From Cyanophora paradoxa CCMP329 (Eukaryota > Plantae > Glaucophyta), in assembly GCA_004431415.1 (NCBI GenBank), contig QPMI01000297.1:5571-69570 (forward strand): a DNA stretch of 64,000 nt, in the 5' to 3' direction. Position numbers and translations under genes: made by a program. The notes below the pieces were generated by a model, which was not told the DNA's origin, made no database searches, and saw only the letters and a program-made list of their open reading frames with translations. Below are positions 12,230 to 22,698 of the stretch, piece by piece (the first letter of the stretch is position 1; every line of letters starts with the position of its first letter).

Positions 12230-13182
12230 ACCTTGGCTTATAGGCGACGAGATGCCACTACTGGGAACAGCGTGCCGTCCTGGCGCCGCTCGTACGCCTG
12301 CCAGGGATTCAGTGAGCTCGATGCACTGTTAGACCTGGCAGGGGGGGGTGGGGGGGGGCTACTTACCCGCCCTTCAAACATGATGATTTCGCCAGACGGT
12401 GCAAGAGCGCCCGCTTCATCCGCCCCCTCGGCAGGAACCGCGGCAGCACGACTTGGACGCGAAATGCAGAGCGAGAATGCGGCCATCAGGCTGCGGAGAG
12501 CGGAAGCAGCAGTGTTGCCATCGGCCGCCTGGCCGTTGGGCGCCGGCTTGGCAGCCGGTTCAGGAGGGCCAAAGGATCCGAATGCGTCCATAGCGGCGAG
12601 AATAAGGAGCACCAACGAGCAGGTGTTGAAGATGAACATCAAAATCGCGAAGGCCGCAAGGGATCGCAGTGCGTTTTCATCGGAATTTGCAGACGGAGTC
12701 CCACGAGATGCATTGAGGACGTCGACCGCGCGGCACGCCGCTCCCAAGAAAGACAAGGAGAGCACCTCGGCCGTCCATCCCAAGATTCGAGTCTGAGGGC
12801 ACGTCAACCGCCTCCCCCAACGGCTGAGCTCCTCAAATCTGCCCCCGCCCCCGCCGGCCCCGCCTCCCGGGGCGGCGCGATAAGCTGCGGACCTCGCGCC
12901 GGTCAACCAGAGGCAGAAAAGCACCAGCGATGGCGTGGATCGCGAATAGGAACTGGTCCGAGAAGATCAGCGTGAACCAGAACGGCGCGGGCCCAAGACA
13001 TATTATTTTTTAAGCACCGATAAAGGGGGCGAAACGAAGACCAGTGCGGAGACCACGCCGGCGAGCGCTATCGCCCTGAGATTCGCGCCGAGAATGCAGA
13101 CAACGACGAGAGCCGAGAGAGCAGTCAAGCACGAGGACGCAGTCAACAGGACGCGGACAACAGCTCTAGATCTGCTCTCCAT
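12230..13182 (-). CDS. Multi-pass membrane protein of unknown function, with an apparent 1-nt frameshift in an A-run (pseudogene or assembly error)
   Basis: MESRSRAVVRVLLTASSCLTALSALVVVCILG... hits TAA after an A6 run at ~13006-13011. One extra A restores KKIICLGPAPFWFTLIFSDQFLFAIHAIAGAFLPL, then an intron and TRILGWTAEVLSLSFLG...AFAILMFIFNTCSLVLLILAAM. 3' end uncertain. Confidence 0.55.
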
Positions 13183-13279
13183 CTACGCGTAAGCGCGAGG
13201 CTGGTTGGGTCGGTTAGCAGGCTGGAGCAACGCTTTGTTTTTCGACTCGATCACCTATTACCCCCCAACTAGCTAAGCA

Positions 13280-13381
13280 GCCTAAGCTGCTAAGGCTGCT
13301 AAGCCTGCTAAGGCTGCTAAGGCTGCTAAGGCTGCTAAGGCTGTATAAGCCTGCTAAGGCTGTATAAGCTGTATAAGCCTT
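13280..13381. repeat. Tandem 9-10 bp minisatellite (ctgctaagg / ctgtataagc)
   Basis: About 11 consecutive units in the spacer between two divergent genes. Confidence 0.9.
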
Positions 13382-13506
13382 GTTCAGCAGCCTGCTCGTC
13401 CTCGAACCAGCTCTGCCCGCGCGGGGCCTCATCCGCGGCCTGGGCGCTTAGCTAACGGACGCTTTGAACTCGGATCCGCTCTTGGAGACGCGCCCCAACG
13501 AACGGA

Positions 13507-16184
13507 ATGGCCGCACGCTACGTGCCGCCCGCGCGGCGCAAGGAGCTTGAGAGGGAATCCCGCTCCGAGGTGGTGACCGCAGCGCAAGGGGTCGGGAGGG
13601 TCGATACCGCCACCGGCACCGCGCCGATGGGCGCAGTGGTCAGCCCGACGGCGCCGAGCGCCGCGCTTGGCGAGGCGCCCGAGAGGGCTGCGCAGCTCGA
13701 GAAGCGAGAGGAGGAAGAACTTGAAGAACAGGAGCAATCGCGGAACAACGCTCTGCATCGATAGTCCGCCCCCGCGCCCCCGGCCCAGCGCTCTCATCCC
13801 ACACGTTCCGGCAGCTTCCTGGAGAAGAGCGAAATATACAGGTGCGCGTGTGTGCGTCTCGCGTCCCGAGAGACTGACGGCTGGCAGCAGGAAATTCGTA
13901 GAGTTCAGCGACGCCGTGCGACAGGACAAAACCATAGACCACGTGTTCGAGGCCGAGAGGCCGCAAGGCGCGACGATCAAAGGGCCAAGCGCTCTTGATC
14001 TCGGTATGCATTCGAGCTTTCACTTCCCGGCGTTCTCTGCCACTGGCCCCCAGCGCCCCCTCGTTTTTTTCTTCACTTTTGATGTACGTATACCCAGATG
14101 CCGAATTCCAGCTGCAAAAGTTCGAACAGGCGCGAGCGCCCCGCCCCGCGGGCGCGTGCACATGCGTCGCGCCCTGACGGCTGTGCACCGGGGCGAAGTT
14201 CACGAAGCTCATCAGCGAGGTGGATCGCTTCATCCGCTTCACCGACGTCCTCCGCGCCGGTCGCAACAAGCGCTTCCTTGATGTGCGCAAGCCGCCCCGC
14301 CCATGACCTGTTCTCGTATCATGGAATCCCTGGCAGGTTTGCTGTGCTCCGGGGGGGTTCAGGTGCGCGTGTTCACAGTGCGTCTCGCGCCCCGGAGTCC
14401 GATCGTACGGTCGGCAGCCGCTATATCGTGCAGAGGATGGCCGACGACTGCACGGGGGTGCGCTTCGCTGGAAATTAAATTGAAGGGTGGCTGTGGACCA
14501 CTGGACCAGCGTATATACATTCTTCTGTGAGTTCAGCTGTCCGAATCTTCGTGTGCGCAGGTGGGCTTAGCGCTTCCCGTCAGCAAAGGTGCGAAGTGAA
14601 ACATTTAATTTGACCGAATGTATTTTGACGTCGCGTCCTTCGCAGGCGGTTTTGCAGTCCTCTTCCGGTCTCCAAGGTTCACAGCACTCGATGCCGATGT
14701 ACTCAACGTTCAGGTACGCCGCTCCCGCAACCGCAACCGGAACGCCGACGAGGGGCCGCCGGGCTGCAGGAGCCGGGCCAGGGCCAGAGATGGGGACATG
14801 AGCTTCTGCGGTACTACGCCTCAAGTCACTTTGACCTCGTCCTCTGCGACGGACAGTTTATGCAGGCATTTATTTTGAGCCATACGCAGTTCGACCTCAC
14901 GCGCTGCGCAAAGTGACTTGCTCTTAGAAAAACGAGGGTATCACGAGGGTACGGGGCTGGCGGCTTTTGCTGTTAGCGCAATTCGCCGTCGCTGTGAGTA
15001 TCTCCCGCCCCGATGCCGTTGGCCACTCGATTTATGCCGTCCACGCAGTTCGACAATCTTTCGCCGGGCGGAACCCTTCTCTTTCGCGCGCGCCACACTT
15101 GTTCGTTCCTTTCTTAGCATTTCTGTCTTGCAGTAGGTGTTTTCTGACAACCGGGCGCAGCTTCCCGGCTCCACGCGTCCTGCCTGTATTTGTTCTCAAC
15201 GTGTTTTTCGGACATCCGTTTCGCAAAGCCGCAGTTCGCAACGCACAAATCAGTTCGTTCCGAAATTCTGCACTTCGCAACCGCACATAAACCCTGAGTC
15301 GCCTCAGTTCGTTTACATCTCCTGCACGAACTTCGACGCCTCCCGGCGCTCGGAGGTCCTCGCAATCCTGTCGGAGAAGATCGGGGCTCTCCGTAGCTCC
15401 GCTGAGATGGTGGAGGTGCTTCGCGGAGAGGACGAGGAGGAACTCGCTCAGACCATGGCGCCGGGCCTTCTGCGCGAGTTCGAGCCCATGTGGGGCATGC
15501 AGTTGCAGGCCCTCGCACGGTGGTACAGGCGCATTAAGGCCAAGGTCCGCGACGCTTGCATTTTGGAATGACACGCAGTGTCATCTAGCGTGGTCCCGCT
15601 GAACGTGGGCGCCCCAGATCGATCCCAGGGCGCACGTGGCCGTCCCCGAGCTCCCCGAGGTGGGCGACCGCCAGCAGAAGCGGGCAGGTGGCCAGGAATC
15701 CCAGGATGCAGAGGTCGAGGAGGGCTCGAAGGGCGGCCCACAAGATTGGCGCGCCGACTCGCGCTACTCCGCGGCTAGCAGTGGGGCGCGGCCCGCCCCC
15801 TCTGGGCCCTCGCGCCCCTGCCCCGTCCCTCCCGCGCGTCCGACGCCCTCGAGCGCTGCCGACGAAGGTGGGCGCCGCTGGGCGGCCCGCGGGAGCTCAT
15901 GGGCGTCCCCTCCCGAAGCTCGAGGCGAGTCTGGCGCCAGCGATCGCGACTCGAGGAATGAGAGGCCAGCTCCCAGGTCCGCCTCTTCTTGTCCACATCT
16001 CCATCCGCTCCGTCGGAGTCCAGCGCCCACACGCCGCAGCGGTCAAGCCGAGCGGAGCGAGACAGGCCGGAAAGACGAGTCCAGGGCGTTTCGCGGGGGC
16101 GACGGGTCATCTCAGCCAGCGTTCGGCACCGGGGGCAGACCGTCTAGTTCTCGGGGGAGCTCGTGGGCCCAGGCACGTTGGTGA
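13507..16184 (+). CDS. FtsJ/RrmJ-family ribose 2'-O-methyltransferase-like protein (CMTR-like)
   Basis: Spliced motifs AKFTKLISEVDRF, RFLD|VCCAPGGFS|RYIV (SAM-binding), DCTG|VGLALP, HFDLVLCDG, LSPGGTLLFR, WGMQLQAL; low-complexity tail ending WAQARW*. Confidence 0.8.
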
Positions 16185-16261
16185 TTTGATTCGTGCATGT
16201 GTGCTGTCCAGACTCGCTAGTTGGTTAATCATGAAAGCAATAACATCAAAGTCATGTGCTC

Positions 16262-18361
16262 CTATGCTGCGGGCTCCTCTGCAGCCTCTGCGGGCGCCGC
16301 CTCCCCACCCTCCGCTGGTGCCGCCTCGGCATTCTCGGCGGCAGCAGCGGCCTCCTCGGCAGCGCGGGTCTCGGCGGCCAAGCGCTCCTCCTCGAGGCGG
16401 CGCGCCTCTTCCTCCTCGGCGGCGGCGGCGCGGCGGGCGGCGATCGCCTGCTTGCGGAGAGCGAGATTGACCTTGACCCACTCGAAGAGGAGGCCGGCCG
16501 CCTTGGAGGCCTTGTTGACGGCCTCCTGCGTGAGGCCCTTGACTGCGGCCTGCGCGTTGAGGCGGTTCGCCTTCGGCTGCTTGTGCGCCGGGTCGAATTC
16601 GCGAATCTCCTCCAGCAGCTCCTCCCCTACCATCTGTGCGCCCCGCACCCCAACCCCCGTGAGCGCCGGGCGGCGGGGCGGGGCCGGCGCGCTCGCCATC
16701 TTGAGGACGTGGAAGTCCTCCAGCTCGTGCCGCTTGTGGCCCAGGAGGAAGTAGACGCCCTTGAGCGCCTCGTGCACGCCCTTCGGCGGCACGTTGTATG
16801 CGCGGATCTCCGCGGCCGCCTGCCCAGCGGCTCAAGCGGGGCGCAGCGGGGCGCCGCCGCGATGGCGGACCTTCTTCATGTCGAGCTCGAAGATCTTGCT
16901 CGTGATGGCCTTGAGGAGGGCCCGCCCTTCGCTCTGCTCCTCCTCCGCCGGCAGCTGGTCCCCCTTCTCGCCGCCCTCCTCGACAACCTCATCCGCCTCG
17001 GCCGCTGCATGGCGCGCGTCGGCCGCGGGGCGGCAGGGCCGGGTGCGGGGCGCGCACGGTCCACGCCCTCGGGGATCTCCTCGTCGGGGATGAGGGCGGC
17101 GGCCTGCTCCTCGAGGAGGCGGGCGGCCTCCTCGCGGCGCTGGCGCTCCTCCTCTTCGCGGGCGAGGCGCTCGGCCTCCTCGCGGGCCAGGCGCTCGAGG
17201 TAGAGCTGGTGCCGCTCGATGTGCGCCGCGTACATCGCCTCCGCGACCCTCTGCACGAACTCCATCTCCTCCGCGTCGAAACCCTTCCCCGGCATCAGAG
17301 TGTCGCAGCCGATCAGCTCGCTGTAAACTCCGTCCCATTGCCTAACCGGCGTCGCCAGGTAAGCTCCGACGCCCTTCATGCGGAAGAAGTGCACTCTGCC
17401 CCGCGCGTCAGGGTAGGGGTCTGGGCGACCGCGGTCAGGTGGAGAGGGCGCGCACCGCGGGTCGTTCAGCACGTTGGGCACATGACGCTGCTCGAAGGCT
17501 CGGAGAGCCTCGAACGACACGAGCGTCGTCTCCTCGGAATAAGGAAGAGTTTGGTTGAGCATGAAGAGATTGTCCTTATTCGCCGCAACATATTTCAAAT
17601 TCCCGGGGTGGAAGATCTTCTTCGGGGGCTTCGGCTCCGCTGGCGGCGGGGGCGCGGCTGGCTCAGCCGGCCCCGCCTCAGCCTCTGCCTCGCCTTCTTC
17701 ACCCTGGTCATCTGCTGGTTTCTCTTCTGCGGGCGCTGGTTCGGCCGCCTCTGCGGAGCGAGGGGTTAGCTATGCGGTGTGCGGGGTTCGCCGAAGAGCA
17801 TTTTTCGGACCTGCAGCGCCTTCCTCGCCCTCCGGCGGCTTGTCCTCCTCGTCCACAGGAGGCTGCCAGTTCGGATCCCGCTCCACCTCGGCTATGTACA
17901 CGTTCTTCGCCTTTGTGAAAGTCTTAATACAGGCCATCACGGCGGCGTACATCCCTGCCGGGTGTCAGAGCGGAGTGCCGGCAAGGCGCAACGCTGCGCG
18001 CGTACCTGAAGCATCCTCATCGATCATCTGTGCAATGGCAGCTAGCCAATCCTCCTTCGCTTTGTTCACCTTGGCCCGCTCTTCGGACTCCTTCTTGGCT
18101 CGTTCTGCGCTCTCTCGTGCCACCTTCTCTTGCTTTTCTTTGAGCGCGTGGAGCTGCAGAAAGCGCCGGGGGGTCAGCTTCCGCCAGCGCGTCCAGGACG
18201 AGCCGGGCGCCAACCTCGCGCTGCCGTTCCTGATCCTTGACATAGTTCTTAAGCCAGTAGGCAAGGTACTCTACGCCATCGCTGGGCTGAGCTATTGCCA
18301 CAGCCGCCAGGCCGGCGGATAAAACATCGCCGACCGCGTCTTTCAGGTAGGCGCTGTCCAT
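16262..18361 (-). CDS. RSP2: Flagellar radial spoke protein 2-like (Dpy-30 + GAF-like domain)
   Basis: N-terminal Dpy-30 motif MDSAYLKDAVGDVLSAGLAAVAIAQPSDGVEYLAYWLKNYV; GAF-like LKYVAAN...HVPNVLNDPR|VHFFRMKGVGAYLA...LIGCDTLMPG...EFVQRVAEAM. Architecture matches Chlamydomonas RSP2 as I recall it. Confidence 0.8.
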
Positions 18362-18885
18362 CCCGCCACGGCAGCGCTAGCTATGAGCGTTTGCCTACAC
18401 GGCGGAGCACCGTGCGCTTGTCCGGGGTGATGCTCAGAAGCGCGCTGTTTTCGGCCACTTTCTGTTAGATGGTCTACCCATCAACGGGGGGGGGGGGGAT
18501 GTAGCTCTGCGCAGCTTATATTTAATTTCGCAACTAGCTGTACTGACTCGGAGACGCTAGATCTGTAGCTAGATCTGGCCATATGCATGCATATAAATGG
18601 TTCGAGCACGATCATCGATATCGAGCTCGAGCAAAAGAAGAAAGAGCCGGCTGCAGCTGCAACTGCCAGATCAGGCTCCCCTTAGGGCTGGACTCCATAA
18701 AAATATAAGGGCTGGCCAAGCGCGAGCTCGGTGGAGTGGTCCCGTGGCAACGCAGAACAATATACATTCCACGCTTGTAGCCCGGACGTTGCGATTGAGT
18801 TCGTGTCCAAACGCTGTAAAAACTACAATCCTGAAACAAGGGGAGCTAGAGGGAGGCTTTCGCAAAGATGTTGAAGGTTTCGGTT

Positions 18886-19511
18886 TCAGGATTTTCTCTT
18901 CAGCCTGAATTCGGCCAGCCAATCCTGGTTGTTGCGGATCCCGGTTCCTGAGCAACGGCGGCACGTCTCCCGGCCATCGCCCAAGCACTGCGGGCATGTA
19001 ACTGTGTCCCGTCCATCCTCGGGGCCGACCCGCACGGTCCCCTGTTCGCGGCAGAAGAGGCACTGCGACCGGCAACCATGTGAGCGGCAGCGTTTGAGTC
19101 TATAATGCCCGGCGAGCGCACCCTGATGTAGCCGCGCGAAAGGCACACCATGCACGGCTTTCCACTCGACGATTCCTGCGAAAGATAGCGAGGTCGGGGG
19201 ACCGACCGGTCGACAGGCTGCGACAGCGCGTGCACGCGCGCACGAACCGATGCGCCGGAGTTGGAGGACGACTGCGGGACGGCGGGCTCAGCGACGCCCG
19301 CTGCGTTGCTGGAGTTGGAGGCTTCGAAGGACACGCCGGCTTTGGAGCCGCTCTGCGCGCGAGCGCCGCCCGTGGTCGCGACGGAGGGAACGCCGGCCTC
19401 GGCGCGGATATGGAGTCTGGAGCGCGAGCAGCAGATGGACGGGGATGCGGGAACGCTGCTGCCACGCATCCACGTGCCAGGCGCTGGGCATGTGAAAGCT
19501 GTGTTGTTCAT
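18886..19511 (-). CDS. Probable plastid DnaJ-type zinc-finger protein (no J domain)
   Basis: MNNTAFTCPAP transit-like N-terminus; four CxxCxxxG-type motifs: CMVCLSRG, CLFCREQG, CPQCLGDG, CRRCSGTG. Confidence 0.8.
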
Positions 19512-19672
19512 GGCCTCTCCCGCTCTGGCCGTGTCTGAAGTACACTTCTTCGTGCGGCCGGAAGCGTCCTGTCGAGACCTTGTCGACGGGGATTCGACGG
19601 GACGGGTACGTGTAACAGTTTTCGAAAAAAGTTGGCTGTTCACTAGTCGCACCGCGGCGTGGCCTCGAGCAG

Positions 19673-21964
19673 ATGGCGGCCGCACTAAGCGAGAGCGCAA
19701 TGCTGGAAGCTCGCCGGGTGAGCTCGTTCCGCGAACGCCTGCTGGAGCTGGATGCGTCGTTGTCCGCGCTAGCCGGGGCGGCTCTGGGCAGCGCCAAGGA
19801 CGCCTTGCGGCTCGGGGCGTCCAGTGCGGGCCACGTCGAGCCGCTCTCCCGGCCCGCTCCGCGCACGCCAGACCGCTCGCACACAGCTTCGCTGTTGTTC
19901 TCGCCCAACGACGCCCACAGCACGCGCTCCGGCCCCAGCGCCAGTAGCGAACTGGGCGTTCAGCAGCGGCGGCCACCGTCACCATCACTGCCCCAGGACA
20001 TCCAAGCTATTATGCTTCGTCACTCATTCGACAAGGAACGCCACGCGAACTCTAGCCGCGGCTCCAGCCCCCTCAGGAACGCCATGCCACTCACGCAAAC
20101 TTCCCTTGTCTCCGTCACACGCATGCCTCAGCCCACCTCGGCAAGCGGGGCCAGCCCGTTGCGGAGCGCGCTGCCCCTCGCCCAGACGTCCCTTTCATCG
20201 CTCCCTCGGATGGCACAGTCAAGCTCAGCGGCCCTGCCCCCGCACGTGGAGGACCCGAGCCACACCAGTGCTGCTATCAGGCCCGTCGCGACGTACTCGG
20301 AGGTCCGTTCGCATTGCGCACACCTAAGGCGTGCCCAGGTAATTGCGGCTTATTCAAAGCCCGCAGGACTTCATCCAAGAACTGCAGCGGCAACACAAAT
20401 CTAGGATAGACGAGATGCAAGAAAGTGCGCAGCAGCTTCTTCGAAGGTGCGTCTGCAGGAGCCCCCCATTCTCGGTTCACAGTCTCATGCCCACCCCAGA
20501 AAAGAAGAAGAGATTACGCTTCTAACGGAGGCACGACCTGCCACACTCTTGAAGCGTTTGCGTTGATGCCCTAACCTTGCCGTGGCAGCGATTCCGAGAT
20601 CTTCAGAACATGAAGGCTGAGTCAGACAATAGATCGACGGATCTGGAGAGGATGTACGAACAGAAGCTGAGCGAACTGCTTAAGCGAGAAACGAAGCAGG
20701 AGATTGAGGTTCAGCACTTTGCAAGGAGTGCGTTGTGCCCAGACTTGGCATTGCTGAATCCAAACGGGAAACTGACTGAGGCAACAGAGCAAGCGGAGAC
20801 CTACGAGGAGGACCTTTCGGCTCTTAAACAACGTTACGAGCGTGAAATCGAGAAGCTGATTATGGAGCATAAAGACGAAATGGAGCGGAAGCTCCACGAA
20901 GCTCGGCGGCAGGCTGAATTGAAGGAGCAGGCAATTGCTCTTTCTAGCTACGGGCGCGCCGGACACTACTCTCCTTACCCGTGCTGCAGGCTATGTGCGA
21001 GAATTTTCGGACTCAGCATGAGCTTATGGAACAGACTTTTGCTGGTGCGGCACACGCAGCCCCTGCCTCGCTGATGGCCGACGGGGCACGGCATTGCAGA
21101 GAAATTGAAAGAGAGTCAAACACAGTACCTTGCTCACATATCGGACCTTCACCGCTGTCTGAATCAGGAGTCCCAACGTTTAACAACTGCCCGTGAGGAT
21201 CTCACAAGCTCAGCGATGGCTCATCGTAATGAGATAATGGCTCAGCAAGTTCGCATCGATGAGCTGCTGCGAGATGCAGCAGAGCGGGAAAAGGTTCACT
21301 CACGCGCCCTCAACAAGCTCCAGGATGAGCTAGCCCATGCGACTGCGGATTTCAAGAAGAAAGAGGTGAGGGAGAAGGCTTGGCCTGTGCCTGCATGTGT
21401 GCCGATCACTTCGCAGATGGACTACCAGACTCTACTGAGGTTCATCAGGCAGGAGGCAGCTCTGGAGAAGGAGCAGCAGGCCGCACTCCTGGTGAAGAAG
21501 GAAAGGCGTATCGAAGACCTTTCAGCCCGTGTGAAGGAGCTTACAGCACAGCAATCCGCCTGGAGTGAGCAGGTGGAGCACCTGAACACGTCATTGGACA
21601 AGAATCACCTCACAACCCAGAAGCACATTCAACAGAATAAAGATCTGTGCGAGCTTGTGAGGACTCTCCAGGTGCAGGACTGACATCGTCAGAGGGGCTG
21701 GCTCCGGCCAGTTCCTCTGAGTCAAAATGCATTGACCCACACACCTCAGCGGGACCTGAGCCTGGCGCAATCAGAGCTAAGCCTGGGCGAAAGTGAATTA
21801 AATCGGCTGCGTAACGAAAGTGCGTGCAGCCTAGAATTAAAATAAACCAGCACTCTCTTCGCATTCAAGAGTTAATTCACTTTCGCCCAGACTCTGCGCT
21901 TTCAAAAGAACTCCAACGCTTGGATCAAATTCTGTATGGTAGCAAGCCACGAAAGCAGCGTTGA
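19673..21964 (+). CDS. Long coiled-coil protein of unknown function
   Basis: MAAALSESAMLEARR...; E/K/Q/R-rich heptad exons (20590-21670); last exon NSALSKELQRLDQILYGSKPRKQR*. Confidence 0.7.
21783..21890. repeat. Perfect 19-bp inverted repeat between an exon and the next intron's 3' end
   Basis: ctgggcgaaagtgaattaa (21783-21801) and ttaattcactttcgcccag (21872-21890). Confidence 0.95.
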
Positions 21965-22153
21965 GAGCATTTGAAAACAGAGAGTTTCTTTCATCGGATT
22001 AAGATTGCACCCCATTTCCCAATATTTTGTTATCTTCGGCTGGACTCAAGCATTCGGACGTGAATTTTAAATGCAATGACTCAGTTTTAAAAGCACTCGG
22101 TTTTTGGGAGGTCGGGACATTTCATTTTGGCCTAGGGTGGACACCCGAACACC

Positions 22154-22630
22154 CCCAAACAGCACGGGTATAGTTGAAGCGTTGACGGTCTAGGAGTGGT
22201 CCCGCGCGCCCGTAGCTTAGAAAGAGCAGTGATCACTTCAACGGTTGCTTGCGAGCTGCAGACCCCGCGCTGTGGCGGGCCGGGTCCCGGGCCCTAACGA
22301 TCGCGAGGGGAATTCGAAAGGGGAATGGGAGCTTGCAGCTGGGTACCGGTGTATCGTAGTAGCTGCAGTTGGGCGAGCTGCAGACCCTGCGCTGTGGCGG
22401 GCCGGGTCCCGGGCCCTAACGATCGCGAGGGGAATTCGAAAGGTGCACGGAAGCGATTTCATCTTTGGCTAATATTATATTATTATTAATGCTATATTAA
22501 TGCTCCGATCCCCTTTTCTCCATCAGGGCACCAGTCCCTGCGGGTTACGCTCTATCCCAAACAGCACGGGTATAGTTGAAGCGTTGACGGTCTAGGAGTG
22601 GTCCCGCGCGCCCGTAGCTTAGAAAGAGCA
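22154..22630. mobile_element. 477-bp nested direct-repeat element (A-B-B-A), possibly a non-autonomous TRIM-like element
   Basis: Identical 75-bp repeats at 22154-22228 and 22556-22630 enclose 71-bp repeats at 22251-22321 and 22373-22443 (1 mismatch). The repeats are certain; mobility is inferred and no TSD is seen. Confidence 0.5.
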
Positions 22631-22698
22631 AATGCTTTGATTTGGTGATAGCTTTCGATACTCTGATTATTGTTTGGTGATAATTGGTATAGACTAGA

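Noticed and set aside
13280-13381. Repeat array as a possible CRISPR or interstitial telomere
   Set aside because: No unique spacers and the unit is not TTAGGG; it is a simple minisatellite in a eukaryotic genome.
22154-22630. Repeats as tRNA, snRNA or CRISPR
   Set aside because: No cloverleaf, Sm site or repeat-spacer periodicity could be recognised.
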